Shown here: positions 47,462 through 56,638 of the stretch, one piece after another | Numbering within the stretch: position 1 is the first letter of the stretch | Layout: every line of letters begins with the position of its first letter | Source of the DNA: Candidatus Eiseniibacteriota bacterium | Lineage (GTDB): Bacteria > Eisenbacteria > RBG-16-71-46 > JABDJR01 | Direction: 5' to 3' | DNA length: 64,000 bases | Assembly: GCA_963783375.1 (NCBI GenBank) | Contig: CAWANH010000029.1 | Coordinates: 320,001 to 384,000, forward strand | Translations under genes and position numbers: made by a program | Notes under the pieces: generated by a model | Databases searched by the model: none | Told to the model about the DNA's origin: nothing | What the model saw: the letters and a program-made list of their open reading frames with translations, nothing else

Positions 47462-48246
47462 GCCGCCCGCCGATCATCACCCTGACCTCGGACTTCGGTG
47501 ATGCGGGATACTACGTGGGGGCGATGCGCGGGGTGCTCCTTTCCCTGTGCCCCGAGGCCCGCCTGGTGGACCTGACCCACCGGGTATCCCCGTACTCTCC
47601 GCTGGAAGGCTCCCTGGTGCTAGCGCAGGCCTGCGCGACCTTCCCCGAGGGAACGGTTCATCTCGCGGTGGTGGATCCCGGGGTGGGAGGGATCCGCAAG
47701 CCGATCATCGTCCGGTCCCGTGGATACTTCTTCGTCGGTCCCGACAACGGCATCTTCACCCCGTTCCTGGACGGCAAGGAGTGCGTGTACCGCATCCGGG
47801 ATGACGTGGCCCTTCCCGACCGGAGCGCGACCTTCCACGGTCGGGATCTCTTCGCGCCCGCCGCCGCGCGCCTGGCTCGAGGCGACGATCCGGAGACGCT
47901 CGGGGAGCCCTCGCACCAGGCCGTCCACCTCCACGTGCCGCGCCCCCGTCGCGAAGGCAGCCTTCTCGCCGGACAGGTCCTCTACGTGGACCACTTCGGC
48001 AACCTCATCACCAACATTCATCGCGCCGACCTCGGGGGGCTGGGAACGGAACTCCGGGTGACCATCGGCACCCATGAAATCCGGCAGCTCTCGCGGACCT
48101 ATCAGGACGGCGCCCTGGGGGAATCCCTGGCCCTGGTGGGTAGCTCCGGCTACCTCGAGGTGGCGGTGGTGCAGGGAAACGCGGGGGCGCAGCTCGGGAT
48201 GGGGAAGGGGGAGCGCGTCCGCGTGCGTCCGACGGAGCCCCGGTGA
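47458..48246 (+). CDS. SAM hydroxide adenosyltransferase (DUF62 family)
   Basis: LTSDFG, VVDPGVG..R, GPDNG, SATFHGRDLFAP, VDHFGNLITN, GYLEVA. Confidence 0.92.
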   Translation: MSRPPIITLTSDFGDAGYYVGAMRGVLLSLCPEARLVDLTHRVSPYSPLEGSLVLAQACATFPEGTVHLAVVDPGVGGIRKPIIVRSRGYFFVGPDNGIFTPFLDGKECVYRIRDDVALPDRSATFHGRDLFAPAAARLARGDDPETLGEPSHQAVHLHVPRPRREGSLLAGQVLYVDHFGNLITNIHRADLGGLGTELRVTIGTHEIRQLSRTYQDGALGESLALVGSSGYLEVAVVQGNAGAQLGMGKGERVRVRPTEPR

Positions 48247-49001
48247 TCCTCACCGTGGTGGGCTCCGGCACCCTGGTGCCCCACCCGCGCCGCTCCACCC
48301 CCGCCCTGGCCCTCGGCGAGGGGGATTTCCAGGCCACGGTGGACGGGGGGAGCGGTACCCTTCGCCGCCAGGCCGAGCTGGGCATCGACTTCCGACGGAC
48401 CCACACCCTTTGCTTCACCCACATCCATCCCGACCATACCCTCGATCTCCTCCACTTCCTGTTCGCCTCCAAATACACCCCCGGCTTCGAACGCATCGAC
48501 CCGGTCCGGGTGGTGGGCCCCGCCGGCTTCGGAGCTTTTCTCGAGCGTCTGCGCGACGGCTACCGGGGCTGGACCGACGGCGGGGGCGCCGGAATCGAGG
48601 TCGACGAGCTCGTCGGCGGGGATCGTCTGCAGATGGGGCCCATCGCCGTGGAAACGGCCCGCCTGGACCATACGGTGACCGATCTGGGCTACCGTTTCCA
48701 GGCCCCCGGGGGAGGATCCGCCGTTTTCACCGGGGACACCGGCTGGTCCGAGGCCCTGGTCGAGCTGGCCCGGGACGCCGATCTCCTGGTCTCGGAGTGC
48801 TCGGGGGACGAAGCCCATCCCGCGCCCGGACATCTCACCGCCCCCGAGGTGGGACGATTGGCCGCCGCCGCGCGGGTGGGGCAGGTCGTGCTCACCCACC
48901 TCTATCCGCTTCCCGACGACCGGATCCGGGTGGCCCAGGTGGCCTCGGCCTTCGACGGGCCGGTGCACCTGGCCGCCGACGGCGACCGGTTCGTGGTCTG
49001 A
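48243..49001 (+). CDS. MBL-fold metallohydrolase, RNase Z-like
   Basis: VGSGT..P, DGGSG, THIHPDH, FTGDT, ECS, HLT, LTHLYP. Confidence 0.88.
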   Translation: MILTVVGSGTLVPHPRRSTPALALGEGDFQATVDGGSGTLRRQAELGIDFRRTHTLCFTHIHPDHTLDLLHFLFASKYTPGFERIDPVRVVGPAGFGAFLERLRDGYRGWTDGGGAGIEVDELVGGDRLQMGPIAVETARLDHTVTDLGYRFQAPGGGSAVFTGDTGWSEALVELARDADLLVSECSGDEAHPAPGHLTAPEVGRLAAAARVGQVVLTHLYPLPDDRIRVAQVASAFDGPVHLAADGDRFVV

Positions 49002-49004
49002 TCG

Positions 49005-49448
49005 ATGGGACGTTTCCGGTTCGAGCCCGCCCCGGACGTCGCCGCGGAAATCGCTCGCCTGGTCGACGTTCTCGAGTTCGAGCACATCGATCCCGACCGG
49101 GTTCACTGCCGCCGTTCCCGAGGCTCCACCGCCAACGCCTACGCCCGGATCTGGGAGCTGCCGTCCATGTGGCAGGACGCTCTCGGCGTCCCGCCGCAGT
49201 ACGTGATCGAGGTGCTCACCGAGCACTTCGATCCTCTGGACGAGGTGGAGCGGATCAAGATCCTGATCCACGAGCTCCTCCACATCCCGCGCACCTTCTC
49301 CGGAGCGGTGCGAAACCACCGCGGCTCGGGCGAGCGGATCGACGGCCGCACCGTGAATCGCTACTACCGGCACTACCTCAGGGTCCAGGAGGAGCGGAGG
49401 CGGACCGAGGAACGCGAGCGCGACGGGCAGATCCGGCTGCCGTTCTAG
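49005..49448 (+). CDS. Putative HExxH metallopeptidase
   Basis: RSRGSTANAYARIW, YVIEV..EHFD.L, LIHELLHIP..FSG. Confidence 0.8.
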   Translation: MGRFRFEPAPDVAAEIARLVDVLEFEHIDPDRVHCRRSRGSTANAYARIWELPSMWQDALGVPPQYVIEVLTEHFDPLDEVERIKILIHELLHIPRTFSGAVRNHRGSGERIDGRTVNRYYRHYLRVQEERRRTEERERDGQIRLPF

Positions 49449-49455
49449 CCGCCGT

Positions 49456-50664
49456 TCAGCCGTCCCGATTCTCCTGGTAGAGATCGGAGGCGAGATAGAG
49501 GGCGCGGATCTGCCGGACGAAGATCGTGAGGACGATGGTGAGCGGCACCGCGATCAGGGCCCCGAGCAACCCGAAGACGTTGGCGAAGACCACCAGGGCC
49601 AGAAGCACCACCACCGGATGGAGGCCCACCTGGCCGCCCACCACCCGCGGTTGGAGGATGTGCCCCTCGACGAGCGAGATGCCGAAGTAGAGGAGGGTCA
49701 CCTTGAGCAGCATGGTCCAGCCGAAGGCGGAGAGGGTGACCAGGGCGGCGGCGATGAAGCTGATCCAGAACCCGAGATAGGGCACCACGTTCATCACGCA
49801 GGCCAGGGCGCCCAGGGCCAGGGCGTAGGGAATACCGAACGCGAAGAGCCCGGCCCCGGTCAGCGTTCCCACGATGAGGGCCACCAGGGCCACCCCTCGA
49901 AGCCAGCGCCCCAGAAGGCGGTCCAGCTCCTTCGAGGTGGCCTCGAACCAGGCGTGGTAGGTGCGAGGGATGAGGTCTTCCCCGCGGGAGCGGAGGCGGT
50001 TGTAGTCGCGAAGAAAGAAGAAGGTGAGGACCGGAACCACCACCAGGGAGACCACCAGCGTGGCGGCGAGGCGGGTCACCTGGATCACGCCGGTGAGGGT
50101 CTTGGCCGCGATCTCGTTGGTCTTCTCCAGCACCTTGGGGATCTGATCGGCGTAGCGCGACGTCAGATCCTCCAGATGCAGGCGGGTGAGAAGCGGCCTC
50201 AGGGCGTCCTGGACGTTGGCCAGGAGCTGGGGGAGGCTCTTCGCGATTTGGCCCACTTCGGCCATGAGGGGGGGGAGAACGAGGATCATGGCCGCCACCA
50301 CCACCGCGGTCACCGGCACCAGGAGGAGCAGGATGCCGAGGCTTCTCGGAACGTGGTGGCGCTCCAGGAAGTCCACCGCCGGGTCCAGGAGATAGGCCAG
50401 GAACATCGAGATCCCGAGTACCAGGAAGATCCATCCGAACCGGGACACCAGCCAGAGCATCGCGGCCAGGGTGACGACGACCAGGGTGCGCAGCACCCAG
50501 CGGGAGCGCCGGTAGGGAAGGAGGAGAAAGATGAGGATGCCGGCCAGGAGAGGGGGGCCCAGGACCGGCCCCAGGGAGAACCCGTAGGCCACCAGAACCA
50601 GGGCGACAATCACCAGCAGGGGCCAGGGGATGCGGGGGGTCGCCTTGACCGGGGTGTCGCTCAT
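49456..50664 (-). CDS. AI-2E (PerM/UPF0118) family transporter
   Basis: LAYLLDPAVDFLER, FFLRD, WLRG, VPYLG, EGHILQPRVVG..VGLHP, GALIAVP. Confidence 0.92.
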   Translation of the reverse strand: MSDTPVKATPRIPWPLLVIVALVLVAYGFSLGPVLGPPLLAGILIFLLLPYRRSRWVLRTLVVVTLAAMLWLVSRFGWIFLVLGISMFLAYLLDPAVDFLERHHVPRSLGILLLLVPVTAVVVAAMILVLPPLMAEVGQIAKSLPQLLANVQDALRPLLTRLHLEDLTSRYADQIPKVLEKTNEIAAKTLTGVIQVTRLAATLVVSLVVVPVLTFFFLRDYNRLRSRGEDLIPRTYHAWFEATSKELDRLLGRWLRGVALVALIVGTLTGAGLFAFGIPYALALGALACVMNVVPYLGFWISFIAAALVTLSAFGWTMLLKVTLLYFGISLVEGHILQPRVVGGQVGLHPVVVLLALVVFANVFGLLGALIAVPLTIVLTIFVRQIRALYLASDLYQENRDG

Positions 50665-50671
50665 GCCGGCG

Positions 50672-50742
50672 ATCATGATGGGGGGTCCCGGACGCTGTCA
50701 ACGCGGAGGCGCGTTGACGCCGCCCCCCGCCCTGGCTAGACT
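50672..50742. promoter_or_regulatory. Back-to-back divergent sigma70 promoters (AI-2E gene and folC)
   Basis: Plus strand TTGACG(50714)-N17-TAGACT(50737); minus strand TTGACA(50701)-N18-CATGAT; 9-bp inverted repeat at 50697-50718. Confidence 0.6.
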
Positions 50743-50780
50743 CGGCTTCCGGCCGCGCAACAACCCCTTCGGTACCGAAC

Positions 50781-52115
50781 ATGACACCCTCGACCCGTCC
50801 CCGCTCCGTCCGGTTCAGGACCACCCGGGAAGCGGAGGACTACCTCCTCGGCTTCATCAACTACGAGCAGATGCCTCGCTACCGCCCCACCACGCGAACC
50901 CACGACCTGGCGCGGTTTGCCGGCCTCCTCGAACGGCTCGGTTGGGACCCTTCCGCGGTCCCGGCGGTGCACGTGGGGGGGACCAACGGCAAGGGCACGG
51001 TGGCCGTTCTCCTCGAACGGATCCTCCGGGCGGCGGGAATCCGGACCGGGCTCTACACCTCCCCCCATCTCCAGGACATCCGGGAGCGGGTCCGGATCGA
51101 CGGGCGGCCGATCGGGGCCCCGGCTTTCCGGACCGGGGTGGAGCGGCTGGCCCGCGCCTATGCCGGCGAGCCGCGGGCGGGGTTCCGCACCACCTTCGAG
51201 CACCTGACCGCGCTGGCGTTCCTGGCCTTCCAGGAGGCGGGGGTGGAGCGGGCGGTGGTGGAGGTGGGTCTGGGCGGCCGTCTCGACGCCACCAACGTGC
51301 TTCCCCCCGGTCCCGCGGTGCTCACCCCCATCTCCCGCGATCACCACCGGATTCTCGGCGCCACGGTGGGGGCGATCGCCGCGGACAAGGCCCATATCCT
51401 GAAGCGCGGAGGAACGGCGTTTCTCATGCCCCAGAGCCCCCCGGCGTCCCGCTCCCTGGCCGCCCGCACCGACCGCTACCGGATCCCGGTCATCCACACC
51501 CGGGAGGCGCTCACGGTGGAGCCGGCCGGGATCGCTCCCGAGGGCTCCCGGTTCACCCTCCGCGGGCGCGCGGACTACGGCACGGTGTCCACTCGGCTCC
51601 TCGGCCCGCATCAGGTGGAGAACGTGCGGGCCGCGGTCGCGGCCGCCGAACACCTCGTGCCGGGTCCGGGTCTGGCCGAATCGGTCCGCCGAGGCCTCGA
51701 CAAGGCCGGGGTCCCGGGCCGGATGGAGTCGGTGCGGGCGGGCGGAACCTGGTTCCTGATCGATGGCGGGCACAACCCGGCCGCGGGGCGGGCGGCCGCC
51801 GCCGCGCTCCGGTCCCACTTTCCGGAGGCGCGGGTCGTCGCGGTCGTGGGCATGGCCGAGGACAAGGAGCACCGCGCGTTCCTCGTGGCCCTGGCCCCGG
51901 TGGTGGGGGACTTCGTGTTCACCCGGGCCCAAAGCCCGCGGGCGATCGGACCGGAGCGGCTGGCCCGGAGTCTGGGGTCGGCGGCGCGTCGGGCGCCGAA
52001 CGTGGAGGCGGCCCTTCAGACCGCGGCCGCGACCCGCCCCGATGTCGTGCTGGTGACCGGGTCGTTCCTGGTGGCGGGGGAGGCCCGCCGGGCCCTGGGT
52101 CTACCGGTGCGGTAG
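50781..52115 (+). CDS. folC: Folylpolyglutamate synthase / dihydrofolate synthase
   Basis: HVGGTNGKGT, GLYTSPHL..IRER, TTFE, EVGLGGRLDATN, PGRME, DGGHNP, TGSF. Confidence 0.95.
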   Translation: MTPSTRPRSVRFRTTREAEDYLLGFINYEQMPRYRPTTRTHDLARFAGLLERLGWDPSAVPAVHVGGTNGKGTVAVLLERILRAAGIRTGLYTSPHLQDIRERVRIDGRPIGAPAFRTGVERLARAYAGEPRAGFRTTFEHLTALAFLAFQEAGVERAVVEVGLGGRLDATNVLPPGPAVLTPISRDHHRILGATVGAIAADKAHILKRGGTAFLMPQSPPASRSLAARTDRYRIPVIHTREALTVEPAGIAPEGSRFTLRGRADYGTVSTRLLGPHQVENVRAAVAAAEHLVPGPGLAESVRRGLDKAGVPGRMESVRAGGTWFLIDGGHNPAAGRAAAAALRSHFPEARVVAVVGMAEDKEHRAFLVALAPVVGDFVFTRAQSPRAIGPERLARSLGSAARRAPNVEAALQTAAATRPDVVLVTGSFLVAGEARRALGLPVR

Positions 52116-52160
52116 GGCCGTGTGAAGGGGCGCGGGACCCGTCTCGCCCGGCAGGACGTG

Positions 52161-52194
52161 AAAAAGCCCCCGCGGCAGGCCGCGGGGGCTTCTT
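52161..52194. terminator. Bidirectional intrinsic terminator
   Basis: AAAAAGCCCCCGCGG-CAGG-CCGCGGGGGCTTCTT between the convergent folC and 52213 genes. Confidence 0.85.
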
Positions 52195-52212
52195 CCGTGG
52201 TGCAAGTAGATC

Positions 52213-52905
52213 CTAGTTGTACTGGGTCTTGATCTTGCCCCAGGTGGTGGGTTCGGTCGGCGTCGGGGTAGAGCAGGGGCTGTATCCCGGCGCTCCGAAT
52301 CCGGCGATGCCCAGATGGGACGGGGTACCCGGTGCGATGTTGTCCTGGAAGAGGTCGCAGCCGACCACGCTGGCCACGCCGGACACGGGCCGGACGGTCA
52401 GGGCGAACTGGTCCGGGGACCAGACGGTTACGTTGAACATGCCGGCGATCGCCAGCACGGTGTTCCGGACGTAGGGCTGGGAGTCGACGGTCTTGCAGTT
52501 GCTGTACCGGTCCCAGATGTTCACGGTACCGGTCCCCGGCTCCGGCCAGAAGTCCATCGGGTACGAGAGATCGGAGCAGTCGGTAAAGCTCGCGATGTCT
52601 ACACCGGAGTTCGGGGCGCCGTCGTAATCGAGACCGTACTCAATGGCGCTGACACCGGTCGAATCGGAGCCGTTACAGACCAGGACCCAGACGCTGAACT
52701 GGTCGCCCGGGGAGAACGAGGGAACCTCGTCGACGATGGTGTAGTCCAGGGGAGTCGGCGCCCCCGTCGTACAGGGATTCTTGTCCACGAACTGGGTGAC
52801 GTGGAAGGCGATCCCCGCCTGAGCATTGTCACCGGCCACTGCGGCCGCCGAGAAACCGATCATCAGGGCGCAGCCGAGAAGCAGTCCTACCATAGCGCGC
52901 TTCAT
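52213..52905 (-). CDS. Secreted Cys-rich protein with C-terminal TWGKIKTQY tail
   Basis: Signal peptide, SD AAGGAGG, paralog of the 53273 gene, ends PTPTEPTTWGKIKTQYN. Confidence 0.85.
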   Translation of the reverse strand: MKRAMVGLLLGCALMIGFSAAAVAGDNAQAGIAFHVTQFVDKNPCTTGAPTPLDYTIVDEVPSFSPGDQFSVWVLVCNGSDSTGVSAIEYGLDYDGAPNSGVDIASFTDCSDLSYPMDFWPEPGTGTVNIWDRYSNCKTVDSQPYVRNTVLAIAGMFNVTVWSPDQFALTVRPVSGVASVVGCDLFQDNIAPGTPSHLGIAGFGAPGYSPCSTPTPTEPTTWGKIKTQYN

Positions 52906-53077
52906 GTTGTAGTACCTCCTTAGCGATAGGCACGATGCGGAAACATAGATCGCGGTGACAGCCTCAATCCCGGCCGGAGCCTCTCGCCGTCACGGGGCGA
53001 GATCCCGGATGGACAGCTTCTGGTCGTCCGCGTTCGCTGTCGACCACGTAGCGTGGAGTCAACTTGCACCGGAGATA

Positions 53078-53106
53078 ACTTTAGCATGTCCCTGGAAGCC
53101 TGTCAA
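53078..53106 (-). promoter_or_regulatory. Candidate strong sigma70 promoter for the 52213-52905 gene
   Basis: Minus strand TTGACA-N17-TAAAGT with extended -10 TG; palindrome CTAACCGGTTAG at 53120-53131 just upstream. Confidence 0.65.
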
Positions 53107-53272
53107 CGGGTCGGGATGGCTAACCGGTTAGTATTTCAGGGATTGAATCGGGCCCGGGGCAGCGGGTTTCGGGTCCGGAGCCCCTCAAAAACGGCACCGG
53201 CATCGGACCGGGGGGGGGAGGGGGGGGAGGGCGGCGGGATCGCACCGGCCGCCCTCCGGTCCCTGGAGGGGC

Positions 53273-53932
53273 CTAGTGGTACAGCGTCTTGATGTTGCCC
53301 CAGCTGGTGGGCTGGACGGCCACGATGACGTCGCAGGGGTTGTAGCCCTCCCCGGCGCCGAAGCAGGCGTAGCCCATGTGGCTCGGGCTGGAGGCGGAAA
53401 TGTCGACCTGGCCCGGTCCGGGACAGTCCACGATGTAGACCGCGTTGTCCACCGACCGGGGAACGACCATGAAGCAGTCCGGTGAATAGGCGGTCACCTG
53501 GAAGACCCCGGCGACCACCGGGGTCGGGCCGTACTGGCAGTTGGTGTACCGATCCCAGAGGATGACGTTCCCCTGGTTCGGCTCGGGCCAGAAGTCCATG
53601 GCGAACTCCAGGTCCGCGCAGGAGGTCCAGCTGTAGATGTCCACCCCCTGTCCCGGGGTCCCGTCGTAGTCGATGCCGCACGAGACTCCGGCCAGCCCCA
53701 GCGAGTCGCTGTGGTTGGCCACGAAGAGGTACACGCTGTAGTCCCCCAACGAGGCCGAGGTCGTGACCTGGTTGCAGGGAGGCATGGTGTAGTCGCAGAT
53801 GCTCTTGTCGGTGCGCGCGCGAATGTGCAGGGCCACGATCGCGTCCTCGTTGCCGGTGGCAGCCAGGGCGTCGGAGCCGGCGGCGGCCAGGACCGTGGTC
53901 GCCACGAGGGCGATCCCTATCCAGTTTCTCAT
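53273..53932 (-). CDS. Secreted Cys-rich protein with C-terminal SWGNIKTLY tail
   Basis: Signal peptide ending ALA; shares GxDYDGxPxxGVDIxSxTxCxDLxxxMDFWPEPxxGxVxxWDRYxNC with the 52213 gene; ends VAVQPTSWGNIKTLYH. Confidence 0.85.
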   Translation of the reverse strand: MRNWIGIALVATTVLAAAGSDALAATGNEDAIVALHIRARTDKSICDYTMPPCNQVTTSASLGDYSVYLFVANHSDSLGLAGVSCGIDYDGTPGQGVDIYSWTSCADLEFAMDFWPEPNQGNVILWDRYTNCQYGPTPVVAGVFQVTAYSPDCFMVVPRSVDNAVYIVDCPGPGQVDISASSPSHMGYACFGAGEGYNPCDVIVAVQPTSWGNIKTLYH

Positions 53933-54252
53933 CTTCACTCCCTCACTCAAGAGTCTTCGAGACCTCCGGCCCCGCCTGGGGGACGCGGCGTCCGAACCCG
54001 GGAAACCAGCCGGGGTGACTCCCCGGTGCCTTACCCGGAGGTATCGGTATGGGAATGGGGCGCTTTAGCCCACTCGTGGCGAATCGCCATGCCGGGCGCG
54101 GTCCCCGAAGAGGCGGCCGGCCGGGTGGATTCCGGATGGGGCAAATGCCCCAGGCCGGCCGCGGGTGGAAGACTCCCCGAGGCTGGGGTATACTGGCCCG
54201 CTCGTTTCGGCCCTGAATGGGCCGTCCCCTCGCCCTCAGGAGAAGATCAGCC

Positions 54253-55692
54253 ATGGCCAAGGACATCACCCCCCGCTCCGAGGATTATTCCCGCTGGTAC
54301 GGCGACGTCATCGCCCGGGCCCAGCTGGCCGAGAACGCCCCGGTCCGGGGGTGCATGGTCATCCGGCCCCACGGGTACGCCATCTGGGAGAAGATGCAGC
54401 GGGTGCTCGATCGCATGTTCAAGGAGACCGGGCACCAGAACGCCTACTTTCCCCTTTTCATCCCCGAGAGCTTCATGACCCGGGAGGCCGAGCACGTGGA
54501 GGGGTTCAGCCCGGAGTGCGCGGTGGTGACCCACGGGGGGGGGAAGAAGCTCGAGGAGCCGCTCTACGTCCGGCCCACGTCGGAAACCATCATCTGGGAC
54601 ATGTATCGCAAGTGGATCCAGTCCTACCGCGACCTTCCCATCCTCATCAACCAGTGGGCCAACGTGGTTCGATGGGAGATGCGGCCTCGATTGTTCCTGC
54701 GCACCACCGAGTTCCTCTGGCAGGAGGGCCATACCGCCCACGCCACCGATGCGGAGGCCGAGGAGGAAGCGCGACGGATGCTCGACGTCTACGCCACCTT
54801 CGCCGAGGGGACCATGGCCATGCCGGTGATCAAGGGGCGGAAGACGGACTCGGAGAAGTTTCCGGGGGCGCTCCGCACGTACTGCATCGAAGCCATGATG
54901 CAGGACACCAAGGCGCTCCAGGCCGGGACCAGCCATCACCTGGGACAGAACTTCGCCCGCGCCTTCGACGTCACCTTCCAGAACGAGAACGGTGAGCGGG
55001 AGCTGGTCTGGGCCACCTCCTGGGGGGTGAGCACGCGGCTGGTGGGGGGGCTCATCATGGCCCACTCCGACGATGACGGCCTGGTGCTTCCCCCCAAGCT
55101 GGCCCCCATCCACGCGGTGGTGGTGCCGATCTGGATGAAGGACGACCAGGTGTCGGCCATGAAGACGGCGGGGGGAGAGCTGTTCGAGTCGCTCAAGCTG
55201 GAGCACCCGGAGCTCGACCTGAAGCTCGACGATCGGGAGCAGTACAAGCCAGGCTGGAAGTTCAACGAATGGGAGCAGAGGGGGGTGCCGGTGCGGATCG
55301 AGATCGGGCCCAAGGACGTGGCGAAGGGGCAGGCGGTGCTGGTCCGCCGCGACACCCGGGCGAAGGAATTCGTGCCCCGGGAGCGGGTGGGGGAACGGCT
55401 GGGGGAGCTCATGGTGGAGATCCAGGACGAGCTCTACCGGCGGGCGTCGACCTTTCGCGAGTCCAATACCCACCGGGTGGACGACTACGGGACCTTCAAG
55501 GAGAGCCTGGCCGCTCGGGGGGGGTTCCATCTCGCCCACTGGGACGGCACTCCCGAGACCGAGGCCCGGGTCAAGGAGGAGACCAAGGCCACCATCCGGT
55601 GCATCCCCTTCGACGCCCCGGAGGAGGAAGGGGTCTGCATGGTCACCGGGAAGCCGAGCCGCGGGCGGGTGGTCTGGGCCCGGAGCTACTGA
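54253..55692 (+). CDS. proS: Proline-tRNA ligase (archaeal/eukaryote-like type)
   Basis: [71 protein letters not shown], terminal ARSY. Confidence 0.97.
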   Translation: MAKDITPRSEDYSRWYGDVIARAQLAENAPVRGCMVIRPHGYAIWEKMQRVLDRMFKETGHQNAYFPLFIPESFMTREAEHVEGFSPECAVVTHGGGKKLEEPLYVRPTSETIIWDMYRKWIQSYRDLPILINQWANVVRWEMRPRLFLRTTEFLWQEGHTAHATDAEAEEEARRMLDVYATFAEGTMAMPVIKGRKTDSEKFPGALRTYCIEAMMQDTKALQAGTSHHLGQNFARAFDVTFQNENGERELVWATSWGVSTRLVGGLIMAHSDDDGLVLPPKLAPIHAVVVPIWMKDDQVSAMKTAGGELFESLKLEHPELDLKLDDREQYKPGWKFNEWEQRGVPVRIEIGPKDVAKGQAVLVRRDTRAKEFVPRERVGERLGELMVEIQDELYRRASTFRESNTHRVDDYGTFKESLAARGGFHLAHWDGTPETEARVKEETKATIRCIPFDAPEEEGVCMVTGKPSRGRVVWARSY

Positions 55693-55702
55693 GGCGGGGG
55701 GA

Positions 55703-56638
55703 TCACGGTTGGGTGCATCCCCGCCAGGGGGTGGCCAGGACGCTCTGAAAAGTTCCCGAGGGAAGCAGGTCCAGGATCACCGTCCTCCGGCCGGCTTCCG
55801 ACGTCTCCCGGAAGACCACGATCGGTTGGGTGGAACCGGGACCCTGGAACACCGCGACCCGCTCCCGGTGGAGACGCGCCGCCCCCGCCCGGGGGAGGTC
55901 GAGCAGCGCGTAGCGGAAGGTGCGCGTCCCCCCGGCGGCGGAGACCCAGAAGTGGAGCACCGCTTCGGAGGAGGCGCCGCCGCCTCGAAGCCGAACCGCC
56001 CCCCGAAACCGTCCCACCAGCTCCAGCTTTCCATCTTCCAGGGGAGCGCCCAACCTCAGGTCTTCACGAGTCCAGGGAACCTCGGGATCGATTTCCAGAC
56101 CGGGGGGGAGATCCCGGTTCACCACCCGCCGGGCGTCGTGGGCGAGGCCGGAGAGCGCCTCCGCCAGCTCCGCCGGGCGGCCGGGGGAGTGCCAGACCGC
56201 GGCCGGATCGTCGAGCCTCCAGGCTTCCCAGGCTTCGCGGGTGGTTCCCGCCACCGGGTGGTCCAGCCGGGTGTCCACCGGCACCGTTCCCGGTTCCCAG
56301 CGTCCCACCGCCACGCTGAGGGTGTCGCAACCCCAGGGAGAGCTCGACCACTCCCGGGGGAGGAAGATCCCCATGTCCGACGGCGCGAACACGGTGTCCA
56401 CCGGTCCGATCCCGCCGTCGGGCAGGGCGGACCAGGTCCCGTCGGAGAGACGGGCCACTGGCTGCCACTCCATGCGCCAGAGGTACTGCTGCTCGTAGCC
56501 GCGCCACTGGAGGATGCCGAGCTCCGTGGGTTCGGAGTCGCGGGGGGTCGCCAGGCCCGGAGCCGCGACGATCGAGGCGAGGATGACGATCAGCGCCGGG
56601 ACGATCCAACCCGGCGGGAGCGGGGAACGATCTCTCAT
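55703..56638 (-). CDS. Hypothetical exported protein
   Basis: N-terminal hydrophobic signal-like segment; 4-bp overlap with the upstream lipoprotein gene; no family recognised. Confidence 0.6.
   Translation of the reverse strand: MRDRSPLPPGWIVPALIVILASIVAAPGLATPRDSEPTELGILQWRGYEQQYLWRMEWQPVARLSDGTWSALPDGGIGPVDTVFAPSDMGIFLPREWSSSPWGCDTLSVAVGRWEPGTVPVDTRLDHPVAGTTREAWEAWRLDDPAAVWHSPGRPAELAEALSGLAHDARRVVNRDLPPGLEIDPEVPWTREDLRLGAPLEDGKLELVGRFRGAVRLRGGGASSEAVLHFWVSAAGGTRTFRYALLDLPRAGAARLHRERVAVFQGPGSTQPIVVFRETSEAGRRTVILDLLPSGTFQSVLATPWRGCTQP

Noticed and set aside
47458-48246. Fluorinase/chlorinase
   Set aside because: Has the Asp (VVDPG), Arg and His (TFHGRD) pattern of SAM hydrolases (DUF62) and no halometabolite cluster nearby
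49005-49448. Prophage inferred from a phage-type metallopeptidase
   Set aside because: No integrase, structural genes, att sites or compositional shift
53210-53238. G9-A-G8-A-GGG run as a functional G-quadruplex
   Set aside because: Only compositional evidence, and homopolymer lengths may be unreliable
54253-55692. Archaeal/eukaryote-type ProRS as recent horizontal transfer
   Set aside because: This type is standard in many bacterial phyla and its composition matches neighbouring genes
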